A stretch of 60,247 nucleotides of DNA, taken from the IMG/VR virus record IMGVR_UViG_3300033149_001001, positions 1 through 60,247 of that record, one strand, 5' to 3'. Below, one piece after another: positions 9,291-18,945 of this stretch. The stretch's first letter is position 1; every line of letters begins with the position of its first letter. The translations under genes and the position numbers were made by a program. The DNA comes from a virus (lineage: Duplodnaviria; Caudoviricetes). The notes under the pieces are model-generated. The model did not search any database and had not been told where the DNA came from. It was given only the letters and a program-made list of their open reading frames with translations.

Positions 9291-9622
9291 TTGACTGCCT
9301 GCTCTATTACCTGGATATGGGGCAGGTAGAACAGCGAATGATCCGGGAATGCTATGCACGGCGAAAACCGCTACCTGAACGTATACAGAATGCTCCAGAC
9401 CTATTCGTGGGCCTGGAGCTATACTTTGACGCTTTCGTGGAGTTGAATACCTGTAGAAGCACTGGCTGGGGTCCTGGGCCTATACCATCTTGGTGCATAG
9501 ACGAATTCTGTGTAAGAAACGGAATATGCGGAGAAGAGGCCGAAGATTTTCATTATCTTCTTCGCCAAATGGACGGAGCATTTTTGAAGCATATGGCGAG
9601 TAAATCTAAGGAATCTTCTTGA
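9281..9622 (+). CDS. Tail chaperone -1 frameshift extension (GT-like)
   Basis: The -1 frame GGG AAA CTG ATT GAC... is open into ORF 9317..9622. Confidence 0.8.
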   Translation, partial: GKLIDCLLYYLDMGQVEQRMIRECYARRKPLPERIQNAPDLFVGLELYFDAFVELNTCRSTGWGPGPIPSWCIDEFCVRNGICGEEAEDFHYLLRQMDGAFLKHMASKSKESS

Positions 9623-9647
9623 TAATCACGACATTATCGGGTATAAT
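9619..9647 (+). promoter_or_regulatory. Sigma70-like promoter, probably giving a leaderless mRNA
   Basis: TTGATA-N17-TATAAT; ATG 6 nt after the -10 box, no SD. Confidence 0.65.
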
Positions 9648-9653
9648 GTTCCT

Positions 9654-10088
9654 ATGGCACAAAAGTTTTCCAGCCGAATGAATGCCATTGGCGATGTGCT
9701 GATGGCAAATGTCTCAAAGACAATTCGTAAGGCGGCTCAAGCGGCAACAAATGAGGTTGTGCTGAGAACACCTGTGCTCACCGGACGGGCTCGCGTGAAT
9801 TGGCGGGTTACGTTCGGGGCTCCGTCAACCAATAAGATTGAGCCTCCAGATACGAAAGATCGCGAGGTAAACAGGCAGATCGCCTCTACTCAGGCTTTGA
9901 TTAACGCTTCTAACAAAATAAAGGTATGGAAGGTCGGTAAGGGCAACATTTTCATAGCCAATCCGATCCCGTACATCGTGGACCTTGACAGAGGTACACT
10001 CTCTCAACAGGCTCGGAGTGGCATGACGACGTTCGGCGTGGCTGCTGCACGAAGCATTCTGAGAAAAGGAAGGTTGTTGCGTGGCTGA
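9654..10088 (+). CDS. HK97 gp10-like tail completion/neck protein
   Basis: TPVLTGRARVNW and IANPIPYIVDLD motifs. Confidence 0.75.
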   Translation: MAQKFSSRMNAIGDVLMANVSKTIRKAAQAATNEVVLRTPVLTGRARVNWRVTFGAPSTNKIEPPDTKDREVNRQIASTQALINASNKIKVWKVGKGNIFIANPIPYIVDLDRGTLSQQARSGMTTFGVAAARSILRKGRLLRG

Positions 10089-12510
10089 TAGGAAGGAACT
10101 ACTCTTAATTGAGATTCGCGAGGATGGTGCTCGCGTAGTCAAGCGACATATTGACAGCCTCGGTGCGTCTGGAGATAAGACCGCCAACATTATGTCGAAA
10201 CTCAAAGGCGTGCTTGCTGGTTTGGCTTCCGCGAAGGTGCTCCGAGACACAATCATGCTTGGTGACGCTTACGCGAATATGCTCAACAGATTACGAGTTG
10301 TGACTTCCAGCAACTATGAGCTTGAGACTGCCATGGATGCTGTTTATAAAATGTCACGAGAGACCCGGACATCTCTGGCGGCTAACGTTGATATGTATGC
10401 TCGTGTGGCCCTCAACACGGAAGAGTTAGGTCTTTCAATTCAGCAGGTCACTAAATTTGCCACACAATTGAACCACGCAATCATTTTGTCTGGTGTGACG
10501 GCTCGTGAAGCTCAGTGGGGTATGGTGCAGTTCTCGCAGGCCCTTGCATCGAACGCTCTTCGCGGTGACGAGCTTCGAGCAGTTATGGAGCAATTGCCGG
10601 TTGTCACTAAGGTCTTGGAAAAGCACCTGGGAGTTACTCGTGGTGAGCTAAAAAAGGTTGCGTTCGAAGGCAAAATCACTACAAAAGTGATGATGGATGC
10701 TTTTAATGAAATGGGCGAAAGCCTGAAAGAGCGATTTTTGAAACGAGTTCCCACAGTCGATCAAGGAATTACTGTCCTGCGGTCGTCCCTTGTCCGGTTT
10801 GTCGGTGTACTGGATCAGACTTATCAAGGCACGGCCACTTTGGCTCGTGGCTTACTGTTGGTTGCTGATAATATGGATACGTTTGGCCGCATAGCAAGCA
10901 TCGCCGGTATAGTGCTTGGCACAGTCTTCTTGAAGAATCTCGTGCAGATCGTGGCTCAGATGAAGTTGTTCAGCTTGACTCTTGTAACTGCTCACCCAAT
11001 AGCGGCGATACTTCTGACCGCAGCAGCGGCGGTTGCCGTCTTTGCAGACAAGATCAACGTGGCGAATGATTCGACCACAAAGCTTTCTGATCTCTTTATG
11101 GCATTTGTCGGTAATCTAAAGATAGTATATAAGACCATGAGAGAGGCTATTTCAGGTATGATCGGCGGTGCGGAATTGCACACTGAATACCAAATCACGC
11201 TTGAAAGCTTACTCAAGGACGCAGCCCGGTTCATCGATGCCTTCCTGGGCCTCTTCGTCGGTGCTGGGCAAGTCGTGGCTAAGGTCTTCAAAGACATTCC
11301 TCGGTATGGCAAACTTGCTTGGAATGCCCTGCTGAGTGGACTGGAGCGAGTTAAAGATACAATGGTTGCATTTGCCATGGCTTTTGGGCAAATGTTTCAT
11401 AGCACAATGCTGAATATCAAGGGTGGTGTGATTGCCATGGGTGCTGCTATTGAGCAGGCCCTCGCGGGTAACGTCAAACAGGCCAGGATGTTTGCGGATC
11501 AGGCAGCCCTCTCTTTCGAGAATGCAGCGACTCATGGCTTTAGAAAGTTCGCTGATACCTTTCGGCAAAACCTGGAGGATGCGACGAGCAAAGATTCATT
11601 GGCGGGAGCTAAATTCCAAGTCACGGCTGCGGGTGAGACTATCGGCGAAGCCTTTATGCGGGGCTTCGATATGTCGAAAATCTTTGCGGGGGGCATTGCT
11701 GATCTTTTCGACCGGGCTAAGATTGAGGAAGCTGCACGAAAAGCACGAGAGGGCGTAGCAAAATTTGTGCCTGACCCCATTCAAATTCAACTATTAAAAG
11801 ATATGGGTGGGGCGGCGGATGCTGCATTCGATAAGATGTTAAAACTGCAAGACCTCTGGAAAGCAGTGTTGGAAGAGCGGCCTGGAACTGAAAATATCTC
11901 CATTACATTCGATGAAGTAAAGCGAAAAATGACTGAGCTTCGTATTGAGGGCATGAAGACTCAGACCGATGTAATAAGCGGCTTCAAGCGTGGTTGGTTG
12001 CAGCTTGGTTTGGATATCTCCAATTTTGCGGATATGTCTCAGCAAACTATCACGAATGCTTTCAACAGCATGGAAGATGCTTTGGTTAGTTTTGTAACTA
12101 AGGGCAAGGTCGATTTCAAAGGCTTGGTTGATTCGATCCTTGCGGACCTTACGAGGTTGGTGGCCCGGCAGATGTTCGTGAAGGCTATCGACCTCATTCC
12201 TGGTGGCGGTGGTTTTTTTTCGTCACTAATGGAAACGGCTTCTCAGTCCACAGGCAAGCGGGCTCTTGGCGGGCCAGTCAGTCCAGGCCTATCCTACGTG
12301 GTGGGTGAACGTGGCAAGCCGGAAATCTTCACCCCTGCTCAACCTGGACAAATTACGCCAATAAGTCAAGCTACCCCGGCTGCCGAATCCGAAGGTGGGC
12401 TTACAATCATCAACGTCTCGACCATGGAGGCGGCTCTTGCCGCAATGGAATCGGCTGAGGGCAAACGTGTAATCATAAACGAGATCAGAACCTTCAAAGG
12501 GCAGAGCTAA
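10081..12510 (+). CDS. Tail tape measure protein
   Basis: 809 aa; QFSQALASNALRGDELRAVME domain, C-terminal RALGGPV..YVVGERGKPEIF. Confidence 0.92.
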   Translation: MADRKELLLIEIREDGARVVKRHIDSLGASGDKTANIMSKLKGVLAGLASAKVLRDTIMLGDAYANMLNRLRVVTSSNYELETAMDAVYKMSRETRTSLAANVDMYARVALNTEELGLSIQQVTKFATQLNHAIILSGVTAREAQWGMVQFSQALASNALRGDELRAVMEQLPVVTKVLEKHLGVTRGELKKVAFEGKITTKVMMDAFNEMGESLKERFLKRVPTVDQGITVLRSSLVRFVGVLDQTYQGTATLARGLLLVADNMDTFGRIASIAGIVLGTVFLKNLVQIVAQMKLFSLTLVTAHPIAAILLTAAAAVAVFADKINVANDSTTKLSDLFMAFVGNLKIVYKTMREAISGMIGGAELHTEYQITLESLLKDAARFIDAFLGLFVGAGQVVAKVFKDIPRYGKLAWNALLSGLERVKDTMVAFAMAFGQMFHSTMLNIKGGVIAMGAAIEQALAGNVKQARMFADQAALSFENAATHGFRKFADTFRQNLEDATSKDSLAGAKFQVTAAGETIGEAFMRGFDMSKIFAGGIADLFDRAKIEEAARKAREGVAKFVPDPIQIQLLKDMGGAADAAFDKMLKLQDLWKAVLEERPGTENISITFDEVKRKMTELRIEGMKTQTDVISGFKRGWLQLGLDISNFADMSQQTITNAFNSMEDALVSFVTKGKVDFKGLVDSILADLTRLVARQMFVKAIDLIPGGGGFFSSLMETASQSTGKRALGGPVSPGLSYVVGERGKPEIFTPAQPGQITPISQATPAAESEGGLTIINVSTMEAALAAMESAEGKRVIINEIRTFKGQS

Positions 12511-14264
12511 TGGCTTGGTTCAAGGGCACCGCTACAGACTATAAAGACTTCCTGAGTCAGCTTAAAGACTTGGTGAAGGACGACCACATTTCAGAGATCG
12601 CTGTGCTTAATGGTGGCACGGGCTATGCCGTGGACGACACAATCACATTGGCCGCTGGGTTGAAAGCTCATGAGCCAGAGCTTCGTGTGCTGGAGATCAG
12701 TAGTGGTGATTATGTCAGTAACGCGGTGGTCAGTGCAGGTGGAGCCACTTATCAGGTAGGTGATAAGCTGGTCCCTGCGGCAGGCACTTATTCCGTAGAC
12801 CCGGAGATAGAAGTGACTTCGGTGTCGGGTGGAGCCGTTACCGGTGTTCAAATCAACAATCCTGGTATCTGCTCGTCCCCGCCGTCAAACCCCGTGGCCA
12901 CGACTACGGACGGCTCAGGGACCGGCTGTACCTTGACCCTGACGTTCGTGGCGGGTACTGGGATCATCACCAAAGTGCATATCTCTGACTCTGGTGTCTA
13001 CACGGCTCAGGCCAGCAACCCAGTCTCCCAGAATACGTCGAGCGGTTCGGGCACCGGGGCCAAGTTCACGGTGACATACACGGACACCGCATGGGTGACG
13101 AAGGTATACCATGAGTCTTATGAAGCCACGGCGGTGTCGATAAGTGCTGCGGGCACTGGTTATACCGAAGACGACATTGTGACAGTCGTCGGCGGAAGTT
13201 TTATGGACGCGGCCACGGTCAAGATTGACACGGTGGTGGCTGGTGTCCCTACGGCCGTGAGTGTTCTTACAGGCGGGGATTACAAGACGACTCCATCAAA
13301 CCCCGCGAGCACGTCGGGCGGAACGGGCTCTGGCCTCACGCTCACAATGACCTGGACAGCGGCGGCTGATGAATTGGAGTATTTGTTTATCCAAAACTCC
13401 AATACTGATCTCAATCTCGGCTTCCGGGCCAGGAAAGAATCGGCCGCCGAAGATGCTTACTACTTTGAGGTGGTAGGTTTCACTGGCTTCAATTCAGAAA
13501 TGACTCCTTGGGATCAGCAGCCTGGGTTCAACGATCAGTACTACAACAAAGTGCCGCTATCTGGTGGGGGTTCTCCTGCGACGGTGTATTACTGGTTAAG
13601 TGTGTCGGATCGCCGATTGGTGGGTGTATTCAAGGTAGGCTCGGTATATCCGAACTTCTATCTTGGCCTAATCGATCCTTTCTTAACAGCAGCCGAGTAT
13701 GGGCATCCGATGTTGGCTCTTGGGTGTCAGACAAATCCACTGCCGGTCACGTATGCCGGGGCTGGTTTTGCTGGAATGAACAGTCCCGGAGCCTACAGTA
13801 CAAGTACAAGAAATGATGGTCCCGGCAAGCTTCGGCTGCCTGATGGCACAGTTGAGTCTGTCTGTAGTTGGTATGATGATGGGGGCAGCCCTAAAGTTGA
13901 TGAGCTTCATATCGGTATCCTCCCTGGGTGGACAAATTACTTTAGTAATCCTGCTGATGAGAACGCGTGGTATAATAGTGGTGCGGGATGGGGCTGGCGA
14001 GAATTATTTACGGAAGCTCTTTCAATCTCAACGAGTCAAGATGCTCTTAAAAGGCTCAACAGCGAGTACGTCCTTTTGCCTTGTACGCTTATGTCCGAAG
14101 TGTTGGATCGAGCATATGGTACAATGGCGGGAGTGTTCGCATTCAACCCGGACGGGGATGTGATAGCAGAAGACATAATCAAGATAGGGGATGATGTTTA
14201 CAGGGTCTTCCAGAATTGTAACAAGTCAAATAGGAATTTCTTCTTTGCGTTGAAAGAGGAATAA
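12510..14264 (+). CDS. Virion structural/tail protein with three internal Gly/Thr-rich repeats
   Basis: Follows the tape measure gene; repeated GxGY..D...NP..T.GSGTG units. Confidence 0.65.
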   Translation: MAWFKGTATDYKDFLSQLKDLVKDDHISEIAVLNGGTGYAVDDTITLAAGLKAHEPELRVLEISSGDYVSNAVVSAGGATYQVGDKLVPAAGTYSVDPEIEVTSVSGGAVTGVQINNPGICSSPPSNPVATTTDGSGTGCTLTLTFVAGTGIITKVHISDSGVYTAQASNPVSQNTSSGSGTGAKFTVTYTDTAWVTKVYHESYEATAVSISAAGTGYTEDDIVTVVGGSFMDAATVKIDTVVAGVPTAVSVLTGGDYKTTPSNPASTSGGTGSGLTLTMTWTAAADELEYLFIQNSNTDLNLGFRARKESAAEDAYYFEVVGFTGFNSEMTPWDQQPGFNDQYYNKVPLSGGGSPATVYYWLSVSDRRLVGVFKVGSVYPNFYLGLIDPFLTAAEYGHPMLALGCQTNPLPVTYAGAGFAGMNSPGAYSTSTRNDGPGKLRLPDGTVESVCSWYDDGGSPKVDELHIGILPGWTNYFSNPADENAWYNSGAGWGWRELFTEALSISTSQDALKRLNSEYVLLPCTLMSEVLDRAYGTMAGVFAFNPDGDVIAEDIIKIGDDVYRVFQNCNKSNRNFFFALKEE

Positions 14265-14265
14265 T

Positions 14266-15288
14266 ATGGCGTACCAAACTGGATCAGCAACCGATCAAAC
14301 CGATCTCATGAGTAAATTGAGCACTTTTGCTCAGGCAAATGGATTTACTGAGGACAATTATAATGGGGTAAATCGATTCTTGTCTCTCAGTCGCCCCACA
14401 GATAGCCTTTACGTCACGTTCTACTGGGATGGTGTAGACAACATCCAAATGTGGCAAGCCCTTGGCTATACGGGTGGACAGGCCCAAACACCTTGGGGGC
14501 AGGCCAATGATTCGGGAAATCCAGATGCGGATTGGACTACGAATTATCCGGATCGTGGTCGAGGCATTAACGCGATTGGCAGCGGGCCATTTACGGCATA
14601 TCACTTTTTTGCCTACACAAATCCGTATCGAATTTTTGTAGTTCTGGAATTCTCGGCTGGTCTATACAGGCATTTTGGATTTGGTAAAATCAATAAGGTT
14701 GGCACATGGACGGGCGGGGCTTTCGTTGCGGCTCATCATTGGTCATTCTATTCAGGCAGCCAAGACTCTCCATCATCTCGCTATCATAGCTTGCTACTTG
14801 ATGGTGCCTACGTTCCCAGTTCCGATATTGCTTCTCAATATGCGGGAGCTACAATCCATATGACGGGTCTTCCAGAGCAGAATGCTGCGACGAAATGGGG
14901 TCATGTGGGAAGTACGACTTCTGGCACAAATCATCCTGGAAATGATACTGCGGGCAACCCAAGAGACATTGTGTACGGTGGGTTTAGGAACGGTCTTGGA
15001 GTCATGAATTGGGGCTGGCTCTTGCCGGATTTGTCAAATGGATTTATTCCGATTTGCCCAATTGAGTTATTCTATATTTATAAAGACACTTCAACTCGAT
15101 TTTGGTGGTATTACCTTGGGAATTTGCCAGATATCGGTATGATTCATCTGCATGGAATCAACCCGGCCCAAGAGATTACTATCGGTTCGGATACATGGAT
15201 TGCCTTTCCTGCGGTGCGGAAGTCAAAAATCATGAACAACAATGAAGAGTCCTGGAACATGGGCGTCATTTACAAGAAGGTGACATAA
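14266..15288 (+). CDS. Virion structural/tail protein
   Basis: MAYQTGSAT N-terminus resembles the preceding gene (MAWFKGTAT); synteny. Confidence 0.65.
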   Translation: MAYQTGSATDQTDLMSKLSTFAQANGFTEDNYNGVNRFLSLSRPTDSLYVTFYWDGVDNIQMWQALGYTGGQAQTPWGQANDSGNPDADWTTNYPDRGRGINAIGSGPFTAYHFFAYTNPYRIFVVLEFSAGLYRHFGFGKINKVGTWTGGAFVAAHHWSFYSGSQDSPSSRYHSLLLDGAYVPSSDIASQYAGATIHMTGLPEQNAATKWGHVGSTTSGTNHPGNDTAGNPRDIVYGGFRNGLGVMNWGWLLPDLSNGFIPICPIELFYIYKDTSTRFWWYYLGNLPDIGMIHLHGINPAQEITIGSDTWIAFPAVRKSKIMNNNEESWNMGVIYKKVT

Positions 15289-15674
15289 TGAGCTATTCTG
15301 ATTACATGGAAAATTGGCTGCTGAATCAATTGATGTCAAACAAGACAATTTACGTTGGTTATGGCACGGCGGCATCTGAGACAGTCCTCACTGAGCCGAC
15401 CGGCAATGGCTATGCCCGCGAACCTCTTGGGGCGTATACTGTGACCTCGTTGCCGGGTGACGAGCAATATGTAAGTAATGATGATGCTATTACCTTCGAT
15501 CAGGCTACCGGCAATCAGGGGACGATCACGCACGTCGGCATTTTTGACGCCCTCACCGGCGGCAACTTTCTGGGCTCAGTCTCATTCGCCGAATTGGGCC
15601 AGGATAATGTAAGTTGTATTGCAGGGACGACGATACAGCTTCCGGCTGGAGCTATGAAGATCAAACTCGACTAA
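15288..15674 (+). CDS. Small tail (fibre-associated) protein
   Basis: TEPTGNGYAR...ITF..ATG..GTITHVGIFDALTGGN motif common in phage tail proteins. Confidence 0.7.
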   Translation: MSYSDYMENWLLNQLMSNKTIYVGYGTAASETVLTEPTGNGYAREPLGAYTVTSLPGDEQYVSNDDAITFDQATGNQGTITHVGIFDALTGGNFLGSVSFAELGQDNVSCIAGTTIQLPAGAMKIKLD

Positions 15675-15685
15675 GGAACTCCGAT

Positions 15686-18145
15686 ATGTCCGTTGTCCTA
15701 AATGGCACATCTCAGTATCTCAAACATGCTGCGGCCGTCATCTACACCGAGCCGTTTACAATCTGTGCTTGGATCAAACCCGCAAGTACCGGTGTGCAAC
15801 CAGCAGTATCAATTGAGGATAATAACTACAAATATAAGATCACGTTGTTTGGGGCATCCGGTCCTGGGAAAGTCAATGCCTATGGGGCAATGGCTACCGG
15901 AAAAAGTTGCCTCACCACAACAAACTGGTCAACAGGATCATGGCAACATTTCTGCGGCGTCTATGCTGGGGATGCAGACAGACGAAGTTTCCTTGATGGG
16001 GGTGGCAAAGGCACAAACACGGACACTTTAGGATTTACATCTTCGATAGACCAGACTGTTCTTGGAGCCTATAACGAGGCGTATGGATGGAGCGGCCATG
16101 TAAACGGTAAGCTCGCCCACGTTACCATCTGGAATTGTGCTCTTACTGACGTAGAGATTGCAAATCTTGCTGGAGGAGTTAATGCCCAGACGGTGCAGGC
16201 GGCTTCTATTCTTGCCCATTGGGAATTGCTTAATAACGGCAATGATGCGGTGGGTTCATATGACATGACCGCCTATGGCACGCCAACTTGGGATACTGGG
16301 GATACGCCTCCGGTCGCGAGCATGGGCTATACTGAGCGGTGGGCCACTATTACCGGGGTGGGTTTGCTGGATATAGATAAAATAGCCACGGTTCAAAAGT
16401 CCGGGATCATTATTCCCGGAGCGGGCTCGTTGAACGTGAAAGTATTGGCCCCGAACGCTGGCGATATTGGTAAGATATTTCCGAGCATAGTTGCCATGAA
16501 TCAGCCCGGCTGGGAGAATGAGTCTGATGGGGCTCCGCAATGGAACAATCCCAAGCCTCAGATTACACCGCTACTTGCGGGAACTGGAAGTTCGATTCGC
16601 CGCAAAGATATCGCCGCTCGTGAAGCCGAATTCTCTGGGCTGATCGGCGTGAATAAATTCGAGCAACAGTGGTATGAGCTTGTCCATCTGCTACCAAGGC
16701 TTGAACAAGACCTCGGCAATGTAATCTCAGATCAAACAATTTCGTGTGATTTCTATAATGCGGATAGAGAAAATTCGATTACCGTGACATCCATCATCAA
16801 TGACCTGGGGCTCGGCTTCGAGGTTACTGGGGTTCCTATGGTGCCGTTCACTCTCGATCCGCAAGATGGGTTTGCCTTTACGATCAAAGCAAAGACGACA
16901 GGTGATTTAACAATTGACGGAACATACACTTTCGTTACATCAGACGCGAAAGAGTATACGATCTATGTGATTGGGTCTCGAATCGTTTTGTTTCCGGTTC
17001 GCCCAGAGGCCCCGCTGCGAGAGCATTTATTGTTTGATACCAGGATCGTGGAGGCAGTGGATTCGACGGAACAACGAATCGCGAATCGTCAGTATCCGAG
17101 AGGAATGTTCGAGGCCACGTATCGAGGCAATAGAAAACGGATCGAAATGCTCTTATTTGACCGGCAAAAGAGTATGGTCGCGGTGCCTGCATGGCATGAG
17201 CCTGCCTTCTTGACCTCGGCTGGATCGATTGACGACCTGACAGTCAACGTCAATACGACTGACTATGCCAACTTCTACGTTGGCGGGTATGCCGCTGTAT
17301 TGGAAGATGAGAACACTTTTGATGCCTTGAGGATCGAATCGATGACCGACACGAGCCTCACCTTTGAATCAGGTTTGTCCTTCAACTATACGACGAAGGC
17401 TCAAGTCATGCCGTTAATGACTTGCTATATTGAGGCGTCCAGTGCTTCGATGAAAAAGCTTTACAATGACCAGGACTTCAACCTCCGAATTCATGTAGAT
17501 GCGACCCCAAACGACATCGCGTCCGCCTCTGGGTGGAACACCTACGATGGTGACGTTTTGCTGGACGGCCCGAACCTTGTGAAGGGAGGCCAATTATCGG
17601 AGTCCCTACGTACGAAAGTTTTCGTACTTGACAATATCTCTGGACTCCGAACACAATTATCAACATGGGGGCACGGCCAGCGACACAGTAAGAAGGGCTG
17701 GAAGACAAATAGCCGTGAAGAACTATGGAAACTGCGGAAACTTCTGCATTTCTTGAAGGGCCGACAAGTGGCCTTCTATATTCCCACGTTCTCAAAAGAC
17801 CTTGTGCCAAATCAGCAAATGGTCATTGGAAGTCATGCCTTGAACATGGATTTCATTGGCTATACGATAAATGCTCAGCAACGATGGCCGAAACAAGTTA
17901 TTCGAGTCATCCTAAAAGACGGAACTATTTTGATCCGGACTATCCAGAATAGTGCTCAACTCAGTGCCTCGGAAGAGCAGCTAACACTGGATGAGGCATG
18001 GCCTGCGACTTATCAGCCTGAGGACATCGAGCGAATAGAATTTCTCGAAAAAGTCCGAATTGATGTTGACGACATCACTATAGTACACTATAATGCTTTA
18101 GGACAAGCTGAGTGTATTGTTCCTTTACGAGAGGTTAAGAAGTAA
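15686..18145 (+). CDS. Tail protein: N-terminal LamG/ConA-like domain fused to a distal-tail-like (DUF2460-type) region
   Basis: FTICAWIK, WQHFCGVY and GKLAHVTIWNCALT LamG motifs; EQRIANRQYPR and LKGRQVAFYIP in the C-terminal part; AAGGA RBS before ATG 15686. Confidence 0.65.
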   Translation: MSVVLNGTSQYLKHAAAVIYTEPFTICAWIKPASTGVQPAVSIEDNNYKYKITLFGASGPGKVNAYGAMATGKSCLTTTNWSTGSWQHFCGVYAGDADRRSFLDGGGKGTNTDTLGFTSSIDQTVLGAYNEAYGWSGHVNGKLAHVTIWNCALTDVEIANLAGGVNAQTVQAASILAHWELLNNGNDAVGSYDMTAYGTPTWDTGDTPPVASMGYTERWATITGVGLLDIDKIATVQKSGIIIPGAGSLNVKVLAPNAGDIGKIFPSIVAMNQPGWENESDGAPQWNNPKPQITPLLAGTGSSIRRKDIAAREAEFSGLIGVNKFEQQWYELVHLLPRLEQDLGNVISDQTISCDFYNADRENSITVTSIINDLGLGFEVTGVPMVPFTLDPQDGFAFTIKAKTTGDLTIDGTYTFVTSDAKEYTIYVIGSRIVLFPVRPEAPLREHLLFDTRIVEAVDSTEQRIANRQYPRGMFEATYRGNRKRIEMLLFDRQKSMVAVPAWHEPAFLTSAGSIDDLTVNVNTTDYANFYVGGYAAVLEDENTFDALRIESMTDTSLTFESGLSFNYTTKAQVMPLMTCYIEASSASMKKLYNDQDFNLRIHVDATPNDIASASGWNTYDGDVLLDGPNLVKGGQLSESLRTKVFVLDNISGLRTQLSTWGHGQRHSKKGWKTNSREELWKLRKLLHFLKGRQVAFYIPTFSKDLVPNQQMVIGSHALNMDFIGYTINAQQRWPKQVIRVILKDGTILIRTIQNSAQLSASEEQLTLDEAWPATYQPEDIERIEFLEKVRIDVDDITIVHYNALGQAECIVPLREVKK

Positions 18146-18945
18146 TGGCTTTTGAAACCTATGAGGAATCACAGCAGCAGGGAAGCCCCATAGAACTGTA
18201 TACAATGACGATGGGAAGCGATATCTATCGTTGGCATACGTCTGTGGAATACGAGATCACGCATTCCGGAGATAAATTCTATCGACTCCAGATCAGTCGG
18301 GGAAGCATTGTGACCGGCCAAGAATACCTGGAGGTCATTATGCCCGGCGATCTGGAGTTTCCACTACAATTCGCCAGCATCGCCCCTGGGCGTACAGCTA
18401 CACTCACAATCCAAACATATCATCGGGCGGACCCGTCTGATGTGAAGGTGATTTATAAAGGCGTAGTGCGAGCAGTTTCTTTTGCCAAGGACACTGCCGA
18501 GGCAAGACTATCGCTGATCCCACTTTCGGCTGCCTTTGATATGGAGATTCCGGAGCGAACGTATCAAGCACCATGCAATCATGTGCTTTTCGACGCTGAC
18601 TGTAAAGTATCGGCCGGAATGTTCAAGCATGAAGATTCCGTCACTGCGGTCACAGGTAATGTTATTTCAGTCAATGGCCTCTTGGCCGCAAAGGGTGATG
18701 GTTGGGCTACTGGCGGATATGTCGCTTATGGTGTTCTGGACTATCGATTGGTCCTATCTCAAAGTGGAGACGATCTGACATTGGTGTTGCCGTTTCATGA
18801 AACAGTGTTGGATCAAACTGTTTCGGTATACGCAGGTTGTGACCATACTATAGGCACTTGTGATTCCAAATTCAGCAATAAGATCAATTTCGGTGGGTGT
18901 CCGTATGTGCCTACTATCAATATCTTCGCGACGGGGATCAAATAA
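18145..18945 (+). CDS. Tail hub protein (BR0599/TIGR02218-like)
   Basis: YQAPCNHVLFDADC and YAGCDHTIGTCDSKFSNKINFGGCPYVP motifs. Confidence 0.85.
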   Translation: MAFETYEESQQQGSPIELYTMTMGSDIYRWHTSVEYEITHSGDKFYRLQISRGSIVTGQEYLEVIMPGDLEFPLQFASIAPGRTATLTIQTYHRADPSDVKVIYKGVVRAVSFAKDTAEARLSLIPLSAAFDMEIPERTYQAPCNHVLFDADCKVSAGMFKHEDSVTAVTGNVISVNGLLAAKGDGWATGGYVAYGVLDYRLVLSQSGDDLTLVLPFHETVLDQTVSVYAGCDHTIGTCDSKFSNKINFGGCPYVPTINIFATGIK

